Below, one piece after another: positions 1 through 9,637 of a DNA stretch of 64,000 bases (positions are counted from its first letter, which is position 1; each line of letters opens with the position of its first letter). The notes under the pieces were generated by a model. It was not told the origin of the DNA, ran no database searches, and saw only the letters and a list, made by a program, of their open reading frames with translations. A program made the translations under genes and the position numbers. This stretch comes from Actinomycetota bacterium (GTDB lineage Bacteria > Actinomycetota > UBA4738): the NCBI GenBank assembly GCA_036259835.1, contig DATABA010000022.1, forward strand, positions 15,087 through 79,086. Direction: 5' to 3'.

Positions 1-1367
1 AATTTGTTTCGAAGATCGATTCCCTTGACGTCGTCCCACGAGAAGTCCCTTGGCTGCTCGTCCAGCTCCTCCGACCGGTACACGCCTTCGTCCGTCTGGA
101 GAACGATGATGGGTCGATTGTTCGGATCTGCGAGAAGCACGTCGATGAGCTGCTTCAACCTCTTGGTGGCATAGACGATTTGGTCGGCATACAGGCGACG
201 GTACGATCGCCTTAACTCTTGCTCTCTCGTCACGAAGTTCCCGTTGCGGTCGACCGTGTATTCGGCCGGATGTGGCCCCTGATAGTGAGGAAACATGATG
301 TGAGCGAAGACGAACTTGGGTCCGGCGATGCGCCGAGCCCTCGCCACAAGCTCGAACTCGGCGAGCGCCCGTTTCCATTTCGCCCGCCGTGGGTCGAGCT
401 TCTCTTCCGCCACGTCGAAGATGCGAGCAAGGGGCGGAAGCACCGTCGTCTGATAGAGCGCACTCGAGAATTCAGAAAAACTCCTGTAATTGATGTTGAC
501 GTCGGCCAGCGGATCGATGGCCGTCGGCTCGTACCATGAGCCGATGTGGACATAGCGGTAGCCCAAGGACTTCAGATATCGTGCGACCTGGACGTTCCTC
601 ATACGAAACTGGATGCCCCGGAGAGTCTCCTCATTCAGGTACCTCAGGTTGAGCGACGAGGTCAATGACTGACGCGTGACCGGGTAGTTGGACATGCTGC
701 GCGTCGCCACGTAGAACCCCCTGCTCTTGAGGTAGCGCTGGAACCAGGTGGTATCGACGCCGAACCATTCGCGGTGGACGAACGGATGACCGTACCGATC
801 AGGGACGATGTAGTAGATGTCAGGAAGCTCTCTTCCCTTCACTGCTTCCGGTATGGGGCGCGCCCTCTCTCGAGACGCAGGTTCATCTCTCGTCTCGGGC
901 GGTGCTGAAACGGCGATGGAGAACACGTTCATTCCGACCAGAACGGCGCTTGCGATATTCAAACCGGTGGTGACGCCCGCGAGATGCCGTCTGACGAGGT
1001 AGGCCACCGCGATCGCGGCGATGGCCAGAACACCCCACGCCGGGAGAAGGAAGGAATCGCGTCCGACGTCGATGCCGGCAACGTCGGTGCGCTTCAGGCC
1101 TTCGGCCACCCGTCCGTAGGAGAAAAACAGAAGGGCCCATGCTGAGACAACCAGCGCCGCCGCCCTTGCGTTTCGGAAAAGCACCCAGCCGGCCAGAAGG
1201 AGGAGGGCAGCTCCACCAAGCGCCAGCCCGAGCGGGCCCCAGAGGTCTCGAAGCACGATGCCTTCTTGTGGGTTTTGAGCGAAAAGGAAAAGAACCGGGA
1301 AGGCGGCCAGTAGGAGCGGGTGCAGAGCCAGCCGGCTCAGGAGAGGCGGTTTCTTCGGGCGGTGCAT
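1..1367 (-). CDS. Membrane-anchored sulfatase-fold (alkaline phosphatase superfamily, LTA-synthase-like) protein; 3' end cut by window edge
   Basis: Not in the ORF track because there is no stop inside the window. Hand translation of the minus strand from ATG at 1367 gives MHRPKKPPLLSRLALHPLLLAAFPVLFLF..., several hydrophobic helices, then a soluble domain. That domain has blocks DIYYIVPDRYGHP, SNYPVTRQSLTS, FVFAHIMFPHYQGPHP and IIVLQTDEG, which resemble sulfatase-fold cores. Confidence 0.5.
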   Translation of the reverse strand, partial: MHRPKKPPLLSRLALHPLLLAAFPVLFLFAQNPQEGIVLRDLWGPLGLALGGAALLLLAGWVLFRNARAAALVVSAWALLFFSYGRVAEGLKRTDVAGIDVGRDSFLLPAWGVLAIAAIAVAYLVRRHLAGVTTGLNIASAVLVGMNVFSIAVSAPPETRDEPASRERARPIPEAVKGRELPDIYYIVPDRYGHPFVHREWFGVDTTWFQRYLKSRGFYVATRSMSNYPVTRQSLTSSLNLRYLNEETLRGIQFRMRNVQVARYLKSLGYRYVHIGSWYEPTAIDPLADVNINYRSFSEFSSALYQTTVLPPLARIFDVAEEKLDPRRAKWKRALAEFELVARARRIAGPKFVFAHIMFPHYQGPHPAEYTVDRNGNFVTREQELRRSYRRLYADQIVYATKRLKQLIDVLLADPNNRPIIVLQTDEGVYRSEELDEQPRDFSWDDVKGIDLRNK

Positions 1368-1459
1368 CGGCCCATTATGGAAAAGGCAGTGGCGATTGTT
1401 CGGGTGGGCCGCTCTTGCGTACGCCGCGGCCCTAAAGTACCGTTTCAGATTCTGAAGCC

Positions 1460-2665
1460 ATGATTCAGGAGGGGGGGCGCCCCGATGTCGCTCTGGACCG
1501 CCTGTCGAAGGCGTTCGGCACGGTTGTGGCCGTTGACGACGTGTCTCTCCAGGTCGGCGCGGGAGAGTTCTACTCGCTTCTCGGCCCCTCCGGCTGCGGA
1601 AAGACCACCACCCTTCGACTGATCGCCGGCTTCGAGCGTCCCGACCGGGGGCGTATCTCCATTGGGGGGCGGGACGTCACGGCAATTCCTCCGCACCGAC
1701 GCAACGTCAACACGGTGTTCCAGAACTACGCCCTGTTCCCGCACCTAACGGTGGAGGAGAACGTCGCCTACGGGCTCAAGCAGAAGAAGGTTCCGAAGCC
1801 CGAACTGCAGGAGCGGCTCAGCCAAGCGCTCGGGACCGTTCGCCTGAGCGAGCTCCGGACCCGCAAGCCAAGGGAGCTCTCGGGCGGGCAGCAACAGCGA
1901 GTCGCGCTGGCGCGAGCGCTCATCAACGAACCCACGGTTCTACTGCTGGACGAGCCGCTGGCGGCGCTCGACCTGAAACTGCGAAAGGCGATGCAGCAGG
2001 AACTCAAGAAGCTCCAGGAGCGGGTCGGGATCAGCTTTCTGTACGTGACCCACGACCAGGAAGAGGCACTCACGCTCTCCGACCGGCTGGCAGTGATGTC
2101 GGACGGCCGAATCCTTCAGGAAGGGACGCCTGACCAGATCTACGAGCGGCCCACCAGCCGATTCGTAGCCGACTTCATCGGTCAGACGAACTTCTTCTCT
2201 GGCACGGTCAAGGAAACGGACGGAGCGTCTGTTGTGGTCGATGCGTCGGGACTCCTGCTTCGATGCTCGCCGACGCCTTGGTCGCGCCCCGGCACGGCGG
2301 TCCTGGTTTCGATTCGGCCCGAAAAGATCCGCCCTGCGTCACCGGACGGGACGAGCGCAAATGGCCGTGTCAACGTGGTGACCGGCCGGCTCACCCGAAG
2401 GACGTACCTCGGCGACCTGGTTCGGTATCAGGTTGAGCTCCCCGGGGGCGTCGACGTCATGGTCCAGCGACAGAACGAACGGGGCGACCCGGCATCGGGG
2501 TGGGTCGTGGGGACGGAGGTGGACATCGCGTGGGACGCTGACAGCGCCGCGCTCCTTCCCGATGAAGGCGACGCGATTGCCAACGAGGAAGACATGCGAC
2601 TGGTCGCAGAGGGCGGAATGGACGTACCGGCGCCAGCGGAGGACACGAAGGTTCGGCAGGCCTGA
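1460..2665 (+). CDS. potA: Spermidine/putrescine-type ABC transporter ATP-binding protein
   Basis: Walker A GPSGCGKTT, signature LSGGQQQR, Walker B LLLDEP and a C-terminal TOBE-like region. It is followed by PotD/B/C-like genes. Confidence 0.85.
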   Translation: MIQEGGRPDVALDRLSKAFGTVVAVDDVSLQVGAGEFYSLLGPSGCGKTTTLRLIAGFERPDRGRISIGGRDVTAIPPHRRNVNTVFQNYALFPHLTVEENVAYGLKQKKVPKPELQERLSQALGTVRLSELRTRKPRELSGGQQQRVALARALINEPTVLLLDEPLAALDLKLRKAMQQELKKLQERVGISFLYVTHDQEEALTLSDRLAVMSDGRILQEGTPDQIYERPTSRFVADFIGQTNFFSGTVKETDGASVVVDASGLLLRCSPTPWSRPGTAVLVSIRPEKIRPASPDGTSANGRVNVVTGRLTRRTYLGDLVRYQVELPGGVDVMVQRQNERGDPASGWVVGTEVDIAWDADSAALLPDEGDAIANEEDMRLVAEGGMDVPAPAEDTKVRQA

Positions 2666-2689
2666 GAAGGCCAGAAGGGAGGAGAAGGA

Positions 2690-3835
2690 ATGTCGGACGA
2701 CAAGCTCTGGGACGCGTTGTCTCGGCGCCGAATTTCTCGGCGGAAGCTGTTGCAGGGCAGCATGGCCGCGTCAATGGCCGCGTTCCTGGCCGCGTGCCAG
2801 CGGACGGTGCAGCAGCCGAGAGCCACGGCGAGCCCTCGGGCAATTCCGACTCAGCTCGAAGATGCGCTCTCGATCTACAACTGGGAGAACTACATCAACC
2901 CCGAGACGCTCAAGAGGTTCGAGCGGGAGTTCGGGGTGAAGCCCACCCAGGACTTCTTCGCCTCGAACGAGGACCTTCAGGCCAAGATCAAGGCAGGGGC
3001 GAAGGGCTACGACGTCGCCGCCCCCACCGGCTACATGGTGGAGATCATGGGCTACGAGGACAGGACCCTCCTCGAGCTGGATCACTCACGGATTCCGAAC
3101 CTCAAGAATTGCAACCAGCGGTATCTGAACCTACCGTTCGACCCGGGCAACAAGTACAGCGTCCCGAAGGACCTCGGCACGACGGGATTCGGCTACCGGA
3201 CGGACAACGTGAAGGAAGAGCTCACCACGTGGGAGGACTTCTATCGCAACGCCTCGAAATACTCGGGGCGGTACGCGGTCATCGACAGCGGCCCGGAGAT
3301 CATTGGGTCGGCGCTGAAGATGCTGGGGTACTCCTACAACACGGATAACAAGTCAGAGATCGACGAGGCAACCGCCGAGATCATCAAGCTGAAGCCGCAC
3401 GTCAAGACGATCGACTCGGCGAACTACGACACCCAGCTCGAGCGGGGCGAGGCCTGGATCGTTCTCGGGTGGAACGGCGACGTGCTGGTGGCCCAGAGCA
3501 ACGCGCCGAAGGCCGGCATCACCTATGTCGTACCGCAGGAGGGCACCGAGGTCTGGCAGGACACGTGGGTGATCCTGCGCGACGCGCCGCACCCGGCCAT
3601 CGCGCACGCCTTCCTCAACTGGATCCTCCAGCCGGAGATCCAGGGACTGGAGACCAGCTACTCGTACTACGCCAGCGCCGTTGACGCGGCCAAGGAGCAC
3701 GTCGATCCAGCGGTGGCGAACGATCCCGCGGTCTACCCGCCGGAAGACGTGCTGGCGAGGTGCGAGGTCGCCGACTTCAGCCCCGACGGATTCAACTACC
3801 GGAACGAGGCCTTCGAGAAGTTCAAGGCCGCGTAG
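2690..3835 (+). CDS. potD: Polyamine-type extracellular solute-binding lipoprotein (PotD/PotF family), Tat signal
   Basis: N-terminus SRRRISRRKLLQG...FLAAC carries a twin-arginine motif plus a lipobox. Its size and position inside the pot operon fit this family. Confidence 0.8.
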   Translation: MSDDKLWDALSRRRISRRKLLQGSMAASMAAFLAACQRTVQQPRATASPRAIPTQLEDALSIYNWENYINPETLKRFEREFGVKPTQDFFASNEDLQAKIKAGAKGYDVAAPTGYMVEIMGYEDRTLLELDHSRIPNLKNCNQRYLNLPFDPGNKYSVPKDLGTTGFGYRTDNVKEELTTWEDFYRNASKYSGRYAVIDSGPEIIGSALKMLGYSYNTDNKSEIDEATAEIIKLKPHVKTIDSANYDTQLERGEAWIVLGWNGDVLVAQSNAPKAGITYVVPQEGTEVWQDTWVILRDAPHPAIAHAFLNWILQPEIQGLETSYSYYASAVDAAKEHVDPAVANDPAVYPPEDVLARCEVADFSPDGFNYRNEAFEKFKAA

Positions 3836-4738
3836 GTGGCCTCGGTCGGGCGAGGTGACACCAAGCCGGGACGATCGGGCAGCCCGGTAGCCGAACCACG
3901 GTCGCTACTGATTCCGGCGTCCGTCTGGTACGGAGTGCTGCTCGTCGTCCCCTTGGCAATCATGGTCGCCTACGCCTTCGCCAGGAAGGAAGGGTTCTCC
4001 ACATTCATCTTCGGCTTCAACCTGGAGAACTGGCAGCGGGTGTGGGACCCGATCTACCGGCGGGTGTTCACGAACACGTTCGTCCTGGCGCTGATGGGAA
4101 CCGTCGGATGCCTCCTCATCGGGTACCCGCTTGCCTACTGGCTGGCGACGAGGGTTCGAAAGCACAAGACGGTGATCATGCTGCTCGTCATCGTGCCTTT
4201 TTGGACCAGCCTGCTGGTGCGGACGTACGCGTGGGTGCTGATCCTTTCGGGTGAAGGGCCGGTGTCGCGGTTCCTGGAGGGTGCGGGCCTCATCTCCTCC
4301 CCGCTGGGCATCCTGTACACGAGGAACGCGGTGCTGGTAGGGCTCATTTACGACTACCTCCCGCTGATGGTCTTCCCGCTTTATGTGTCTCTGGATCGAC
4401 TCGACCGCCGGCTGCTGGAAGCGTCGCGAGACCTCGGCGCCGGGCGGTGGAGGACGTTCCGCGGCGTCACCCTGCCGCTGACCATGCCGGGGATCATCAC
4501 GGGTTCGCTGTTGGTGTTCATTCCGATGATGGGCGAGTACGTGGTCCCGAGCATTCTCGGCGGTGCGAGGTCATTCACGGTGGGGAGCCTGGTGGCCTTC
4601 CAGTTCCTGACCTCCATCAACTGGGCGTTCGGCGCGGCGATCTCGATGACCCTGATTCTGTTGATGTTGGTGATCATTTTTCTGTACCTCAAGGCGATCG
4701 GACGGCAAGTCGAGACGAACGTCGGAGCCGCCCTCTGA
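3836..4738 (+). CDS. potB: ABC transporter permease (PotB-like)
   Basis: Multi-pass membrane protein with the EAA-type loop EASRDLGAGRWRTFRGVTLPL. It abuts the potD stop. Confidence 0.8.
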   Translation: MASVGRGDTKPGRSGSPVAEPRSLLIPASVWYGVLLVVPLAIMVAYAFARKEGFSTFIFGFNLENWQRVWDPIYRRVFTNTFVLALMGTVGCLLIGYPLAYWLATRVRKHKTVIMLLVIVPFWTSLLVRTYAWVLILSGEGPVSRFLEGAGLISSPLGILYTRNAVLVGLIYDYLPLMVFPLYVSLDRLDRRLLEASRDLGAGRWRTFRGVTLPLTMPGIITGSLLVFIPMMGEYVVPSILGGARSFTVGSLVAFQFLTSINWAFGAAISMTLILLMLVIIFLYLKAIGRQVETNVGAAL

Positions 4739-4803
4739 GTACTGCTGCCGTGCCGGCCCTTGCCGTGGAGCAACAGCCACGCGCGTTGGTCTCCGACCGG
4801 GTC

Positions 4804-5613
4804 ATGAACGCCGTGTTGCGCTCACATGCCGTGCTGGTCTTCGTGTTCCTCTACGCGCCGATCCTGGTCGTGGTGATCTTCGCCTTCAACGCCAACCGGT
4901 ACGCGGCGACGTGGACCGAGCCGTCCCTCCGGTGGTTCGGGATCACGTTCGGGGACGAAACGATTCGACGATCGTTCTTCCTTTCCGTGTGGACCGCCGC
5001 CCTCAATGCCGTGATCGCCACGGTCATCGGATCGGCGGCGGCGCTCGGTCTTCGAAACATCGGGCGCCGGGCGAGGACGGTGTTCGATGCCTTCGTCTAC
5101 ACGAATCTGGTCATCCCCGAGATCGTGATCGCCATCGCCTCGCTGCTGTTCTTCACGACGGTCGGTTTTCCGCTCGGAGCGTGGGCAATCGTCCTGACCC
5201 ACTCGTTGTTCAACGTGTCGATCGTGACGCTGGTCGTTCGAGCGCGGCTGGCGGGAATGGACCGCTCGCTGGAAGAGGCCTCGGCCGACCTGGGGGGGAC
5301 GCGGTGGGGCACCTTCCGCCAGGTAACGCTGCCGCAGCTGTTCCCCGCGATCATCGCCGGAGCGCTGCTGGCCTTCACGTTTTCGTTCGACGACGTGGTC
5401 CTTTCGACGTTCGTCACCGGACCCGGTTCGACCACGCTGCCGCTTCGGGTGTTCTCCGAGGTTCGGTTCGGTCTGACTCCCCGAATCAACGTCGTCGCGG
5501 TGTTCATCCTTTGCCTCACGCTCACGGCGATCCTGATCGCTCAACTCTTGCTTCGGAGGGCCGGCTCCACGCCCCTGCCCGCCGGTGACACGCTCGTGGC
5601 GAGGGAATCATGA
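4804..5613 (+). CDS. potC: ABC transporter permease (PotC-like)
   Basis: In frame with track ORF 4447..5613. I trimmed the start to ATG 4804 (MNAVLRSHAVLVFVFLYAPILVV), because upstream of it the ORF overlaps potB and is Arg/Asp-rich junk. EAA loop EASADLGGTRWGTFRQVTLP. Confidence 0.75.
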   Translation: MNAVLRSHAVLVFVFLYAPILVVVIFAFNANRYAATWTEPSLRWFGITFGDETIRRSFFLSVWTAALNAVIATVIGSAAALGLRNIGRRARTVFDAFVYTNLVIPEIVIAIASLLFFTTVGFPLGAWAIVLTHSLFNVSIVTLVVRARLAGMDRSLEEASADLGGTRWGTFRQVTLPQLFPAIIAGALLAFTFSFDDVVLSTFVTGPGSTTLPLRVFSEVRFGLTPRINVVAVFILCLTLTAILIAQLLLRRAGSTPLPAGDTLVARES

Positions 5614-6173
5614 GCGCCCCAGCGGACGAGCTCGAGCTTGGGCGCCGGATCCGGGCTCTTCGCGAGGAACGAGGCCTCTCCCTCAGCCGTCTGGCCACGG
5701 CGGTAGGCGTGTCGGAGAGCTTCCTCTCACAGGTGGAACGCGGCGTCGCGAGTCCTTCGGTCGCATCGCTCCGACGGATCGCTGCCGCTCTGGGTGAGTC
5801 GGTGGCGGCGTTCTTCGCCGGAGCTCCCGCCACCGGCCGGGTGGTCCGAGTCGTGGACCGTCAGCGCATGGTTCACCCGCGTCGAATGTGGGAGGACGTC
5901 CTGCTGACCCCACCGGCGTCCCGGCATCTGCAGGTGATCCTGTCCGTGATCGAGCCCGGGGCGGGATCCGGCGACGAGCCGTACTCGCACGACTCGGACG
6001 AGGAATGCGTGATCGTGCTCAAAGGCCAGCTCAATTTCTGGGTCGGGGAGGACCTTTACGAGCTCGCCGAAGGCGACACGCTGCTGTTCGAGAGCCGCGT
6101 GCCACATCGCAATGACAACCCCGGCCCATCGAAGGCGGAGGTGCTGTGGGTCATCACGCCCCCTTCGTATTGA
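5610..6173 (+). CDS. XRE-family HTH transcriptional regulator with C-terminal cupin domain (PuuR-like)
   Basis: HTH LGRRIRALREERGLSLSRLATAVGVSESFLSQVERG is followed by a cupin-like C-terminus (GDTLLFESRVPHR). Its start overlaps the potC stop (ATGA). Confidence 0.75.
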   Translation: MSAPADELELGRRIRALREERGLSLSRLATAVGVSESFLSQVERGVASPSVASLRRIAAALGESVAAFFAGAPATGRVVRVVDRQRMVHPRRMWEDVLLTPPASRHLQVILSVIEPGAGSGDEPYSHDSDEECVIVLKGQLNFWVGEDLYELAEGDTLLFESRVPHRNDNPGPSKAEVLWVITPPSY

Positions 6174-6183
6174 GGCGTTTGCC

Positions 6184-7320
6184 GTGAAAGCCGTCGTACT
6201 CGGCGCCGCTGGGCTCATCGGCCGCGAGGTGGCTGGCACCGTGATCCGTCGAGGCGCTTTCCAAGGTGTCGTTCTGGCAGACCGGCAGCGCGACCCACTT
6301 CGGAAGGTTGCGGCCGACCTCGGTGCGGGCGTCGAGGTGCGGGAGACCGACGCGCTCGATCCATCGTCCCTGTCGCGGGCGCTGAAGGGTTGCGACGTTC
6401 TGGTGAACTGCACCACGTACCACCTCGGGGTGCGGGTCCTCACTGCGGCGGCCCGTGCCGGCGTCCACTACGTCGATCTGGGCGGGCTGTACAACACGCC
6501 CCGCCAGTTAGAGATGTCGGATCGAGTCGCCCGGGCCGGCATCACCGCCGTCATCGGCTGCGGGGCGACGCCCGGCGTCTCGAACGTGCTGGCACGGTGG
6601 GGGGCCGAATCGCTCGACGGGGCCGAGAAGGTCGAGATCGCGTTCGCCAGCTTCCGCGACCTGGCCGCTTCTCCCGGGCTCCTCGACACCATTCTGGATG
6701 AGTTCCGGCCGGCGATACCGCGGTTCTTCTGGCGCGACGGGGACTTCGTCCCCACCGCTCCGTTTGAAGGCCGCCGGCGTGTGCACTTCCCAACACCGGT
6801 GGGCGCGCAGGACGTCTTTTACGTCCCGCACTCCGAGACCCACACCATCCACCGGTTCCTCCCGGGCGTTCGGGAGGTTGCGGTCCGGGGGACGTGGCGG
6901 CCTCGTGACATGGCGCGGCTCCAGGCGGTCGCGTCGCTTGGGCTGACGAACGAACGGCCGGTCTCGGTGAACGGCGTTCCCGTGGTGCCGCTCCAAGTGC
7001 TTCGCGAAGTCCTTTTGGCGCAGCCGCCCGCTCCCGACGGCGAGCCCTGGGCGTTCTTCCTCTCGGTCTCGGTGAGCGGCCACTCGAACGGTTCGCCGAC
7101 GGAGGTTCGGACGACCGCCTCCCATCCGCCCGATTGGGGAACGGCGACCACCGGCCGGATGACGGGTATTCCCGCCGCGATCGGCGCCGAGATGATCGCA
7201 AGAGGACGGGCGAGCGGCGTCGGCGTGCGCCCGCCGGAAGCCGCTTTCGAACCGGAAGAGATCCTGAGGGAGCTCCGACGCGAGGGGCTGACCTTTCGAC
7301 GCAGGGTTCTCCACGATTGA
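6184..7320 (+). CDS. Saccharopine dehydrogenase-family NAD(P)-binding oxidoreductase
   Basis: Trimmed to GTG 6184, giving VKAVVLGAAGLIGREV (a Rossmann GxxGxxG). CGATPGVSNVLA is typical of the Sacchrp_dh family. Confidence 0.65.
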   Translation: MKAVVLGAAGLIGREVAGTVIRRGAFQGVVLADRQRDPLRKVAADLGAGVEVRETDALDPSSLSRALKGCDVLVNCTTYHLGVRVLTAAARAGVHYVDLGGLYNTPRQLEMSDRVARAGITAVIGCGATPGVSNVLARWGAESLDGAEKVEIAFASFRDLAASPGLLDTILDEFRPAIPRFFWRDGDFVPTAPFEGRRRVHFPTPVGAQDVFYVPHSETHTIHRFLPGVREVAVRGTWRPRDMARLQAVASLGLTNERPVSVNGVPVVPLQVLREVLLAQPPAPDGEPWAFFLSVSVSGHSNGSPTEVRTTASHPPDWGTATTGRMTGIPAAIGAEMIARGRASGVGVRPPEAAFEPEEILRELRREGLTFRRRVLHD

Positions 7321-7733
7321 CCCACATCGAGCGGCGAAACGTACCCGGGCTCGCAGAGCCACCGGGATACACGCACCTCGCGACGGTTCGCGATTGCCGG
7401 CTCGTCTTCGTCGCGGGGCAGGTGCCGTTGGACCGGGAAGGCACACTGGTCGGGAGAGGGGACGCCCGTGAACAGGCGCGTCAGTGCCTTCGCAACCTGG
7501 AGGCGTGCTTGGCCGAAGCGGGGGCGAGCCCTGACGACGTCGTCCGCACAACTGTCTACGTTGTGCCCACCGAACGTTCGTCGCTCGCGGATGTGTGGGG
7601 GGAGCTGCGGAAGGCCGACCTCGGGGCGGTGGTCCGGACCCCCGCGACACTCGTTGGAGTCGCCCAGCTCGGGTATGAAGGGCAACTGGTCGAGATCGAG
7701 TCAACGGCGGCCATTCCCATGAGGGATCGCTAA
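7317..7733 (+). CDS. ridA: RidA/YjgF-family reactive-intermediate deaminase
   Basis: In frame with track ORF 7134..7733. A TTG at 7317 overlaps the upstream TGA (TTGA). The sequence PGYTHLATV...VFVAGQVPLD...ARQCLRNLEACLAEAGASPDDVVRTTVYV is YjgF-like. Confidence 0.7.
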   Translation: MTHIERRNVPGLAEPPGYTHLATVRDCRLVFVAGQVPLDREGTLVGRGDAREQARQCLRNLEACLAEAGASPDDVVRTTVYVVPTERSSLADVWGELRKADLGAVVRTPATLVGVAQLGYEGQLVEIESTAAIPMRDR

Positions 7734-7743
7734 TCTTCACGAC

Positions 7744-7968
7744 ATGTGTAGAAGCATCAAGAAGTTGCGCGGTGCGGAGACTCACGCCTCCGAGGAGGAG
7801 ATCAGGGCGGCGGCGCTCCAGTTCGTCCGGAAAGTAAGCGGTTACAACCGCCCGTCCCAGGTCAACGCGGAGGCCTTCGACCGGGCGGTCGACGAGATCA
7901 CGGTCGCGTCGAAGGAGCTGCTGGGCTCGCTTCGCCCCACCAGAGCGGCCTCCGCCGAACGCGCCTAA
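7744..7968 (+). CDS. DUF2277-like small protein
   Basis: MCRSIKKLRG...EEEIRAAALQFVRKVSGYNRPSQVNAEAFDRAVDEI matches my memory of the DUF2277 family N-terminus (MCRNI...EIRAAALQFVRK). Confidence 0.6.
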   Translation: MCRSIKKLRGAETHASEEEIRAAALQFVRKVSGYNRPSQVNAEAFDRAVDEITVASKELLGSLRPTRAASAERA

Positions 7969-7971
7969 GCG

Positions 7972-8931
7972 GTGCCTGTTCGCCCGAGGCGCGAAGACGT
8001 GGAGCTTCGCCAGGGCTTTCGCCACGACGCACTCTTCTATGAAGGGATGGACGGCTTCCTTCGCGCGGTGGTCCCGTTCGTTCGGGAGGCGGTACAGGCG
8101 AACGAGCCGATCCTGGTCGCGGTCGCGCCGGAGAAGATCGAGCGGATGAAGGCCGCGCTGATCGGCGATGCGACCGGCGTTCGGTTCGCGAACATGGATG
8201 AACTCGGCCACAACCCTGCACGAATCATTCCTGCGTGGCGCGACTTCGTCGCTGAAAACAGGGGCGGGAGTGCCTTTTTCCGAGGCGTCGGTGAGCCGAT
8301 CTGGCCCGGACGGACCGAGGCCGAGCTGGCCGAGTGCCATCTGCACGAGGCCCTGGTGAACGTGGCCTTCGACGGCGGTCCGGCGTGGTGGCTGGTTTGC
8401 CCGTACGACACGTCCGCGCTTCATCCCGATGTGGTGTTGGAGGCCAGGCGGACTCACCCTCGTGTGATCGCGGACGAGGTCGAGCAACCTGCGGCAGGAC
8501 CATCGGCCGGTTCGGTTGCGGGGAGGTTCGACGCGTCGTTACCCGAGCCGCCGCCGTCTGCTGACCGCGTGCCATTCGACCTTCACTCGCTCTCCGCAGT
8601 GCGACACTTCCTTGCCGAACGCGCCCGCCGCGCGGCGCTTGATCCGGCCCGGACCGAAGACCTTGTGCTGGCGGTGAACGAAGCGGCGAGCAACAGCGTC
8701 CGGCACGGCGGTGGCAGCGGCACCCTGTTTGTGTGGGAAGACGGGAAGGTGCTGCTCAGCGAGCTTCGTGACGGCGGCCACATCGACGACCCTCTGGTGG
8801 GTCGGGAGACTCCAACGCTCGAGCAGCTCCGCGGGCGGGGAGTGTGGCTGGCGAACCAGCTCTGCGACCTGGTGCAGGTTCGGTCGACATCGGATGGGGT
8901 CGCGGTGCGGCTGCATATGGTCATTCCCTAG
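7972..8931 (+). CDS. MEDS-domain plus HATPase-like anti-sigma/serine kinase-type regulatory protein
   Basis: The N-terminus HDALFYEGMDGFLRAVVPFVREAV...PILVAV is MEDS-like. The C-terminus LAVNEAASNSVRHGGGSGTL...GRGVWLANQLCD is an RsbW/SpoIIAB-like ATP-binding fold. Confidence 0.55.
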   Translation: MPVRPRREDVELRQGFRHDALFYEGMDGFLRAVVPFVREAVQANEPILVAVAPEKIERMKAALIGDATGVRFANMDELGHNPARIIPAWRDFVAENRGGSAFFRGVGEPIWPGRTEAELAECHLHEALVNVAFDGGPAWWLVCPYDTSALHPDVVLEARRTHPRVIADEVEQPAAGPSAGSVAGRFDASLPEPPPSADRVPFDLHSLSAVRHFLAERARRAALDPARTEDLVLAVNEAASNSVRHGGGSGTLFVWEDGKVLLSELRDGGHIDDPLVGRETPTLEQLRGRGVWLANQLCDLVQVRSTSDGVAVRLHMVIP

Positions 8932-9043
8932 CAGGGCGAGGCGAACTCTTCGACGCGGCCGCTGTTTGCGGGCGTTGGTGAACCTCAGCCGTAGCTCAGG
9001 GAACCTCGACGGCGTCCGGGCGGTAAAGGGAGTAGATCACTCC

Positions 9044-9637
9044 ATGGAGGGCCGTCCACTGGAGGAAGCCGAACTCGTCGAGCAGGCACGACGTGGGGAC
9101 GTCGGTGCGTACGAGGAGCTGGTTCGGATGTATCAGCGGCTCGCCGTCCGGACCGCGTACGTGATCACGGGAGATGGCTCCGAGGCGCAGGACGCGACCC
9201 AGGAGGCCTTCGTGAAGGCGTACCACTCGCTGAGCCGGTTCAGAGCCGGAGCGCCGTTTCGCCCGTGGTTGCTTCGGATCGTGGCCAACGAGGCGATCAA
9301 CCGGCGGAATGCTGCACGACGGCGGGGGAGACTGGCGCTCCGCGTGGCCGAGAGCCGCTGGCCCGACGATGCGGCCCCATCGCCTGAGGCGGCGGCTCTC
9401 GGGCATGAACTGAGGCGGGACGTGGTGGCGGCCATGAACCGGCTGAGGGCCGAGGACCGATTGGTTGTGGCGTACCGCTTCTTCTTCGACCTGTCCGAGG
9501 CCGAGATGGCCGAGGCGCTCGGATGCAGACGCGGGACGGTCAAGTCGCGGTTGTCGCGGGCGCTCGACCGCCTGAGGCGAGCGCTGCCCGAGGGGATGAA
9601 GGAAGACCGCGGGAGTGTGGGGAGCGAGGCGCGATGA
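9044..9637 (+). CDS. ECF-type RNA polymerase sigma-70 family factor
   Basis: Trimmed to ATG 9044. Region 2 is DATQEAFVKAYHSL..FRPWLLRIVANEAINRR and region 4 is LSEAEMAEALGCRRGTVKSRLSRAL. Confidence 0.85.
   Translation: MEGRPLEEAELVEQARRGDVGAYEELVRMYQRLAVRTAYVITGDGSEAQDATQEAFVKAYHSLSRFRAGAPFRPWLLRIVANEAINRRNAARRRGRLALRVAESRWPDDAAPSPEAAALGHELRRDVVAAMNRLRAEDRLVVAYRFFFDLSEAEMAEALGCRRGTVKSRLSRALDRLRRALPEGMKEDRGSVGSEAR

Noticed and set aside
6508-8487. 659-aa minus-strand ORF, the longest in the first 10 kb
   Set aside because: It runs antisense across four well-supported plus-strand genes (saccharopine DH, RidA, DUF2277, MEDS regulator). Its Arg/Pro/Gly-rich composition carries no motif. This is a typical high-GC shadow ORF.
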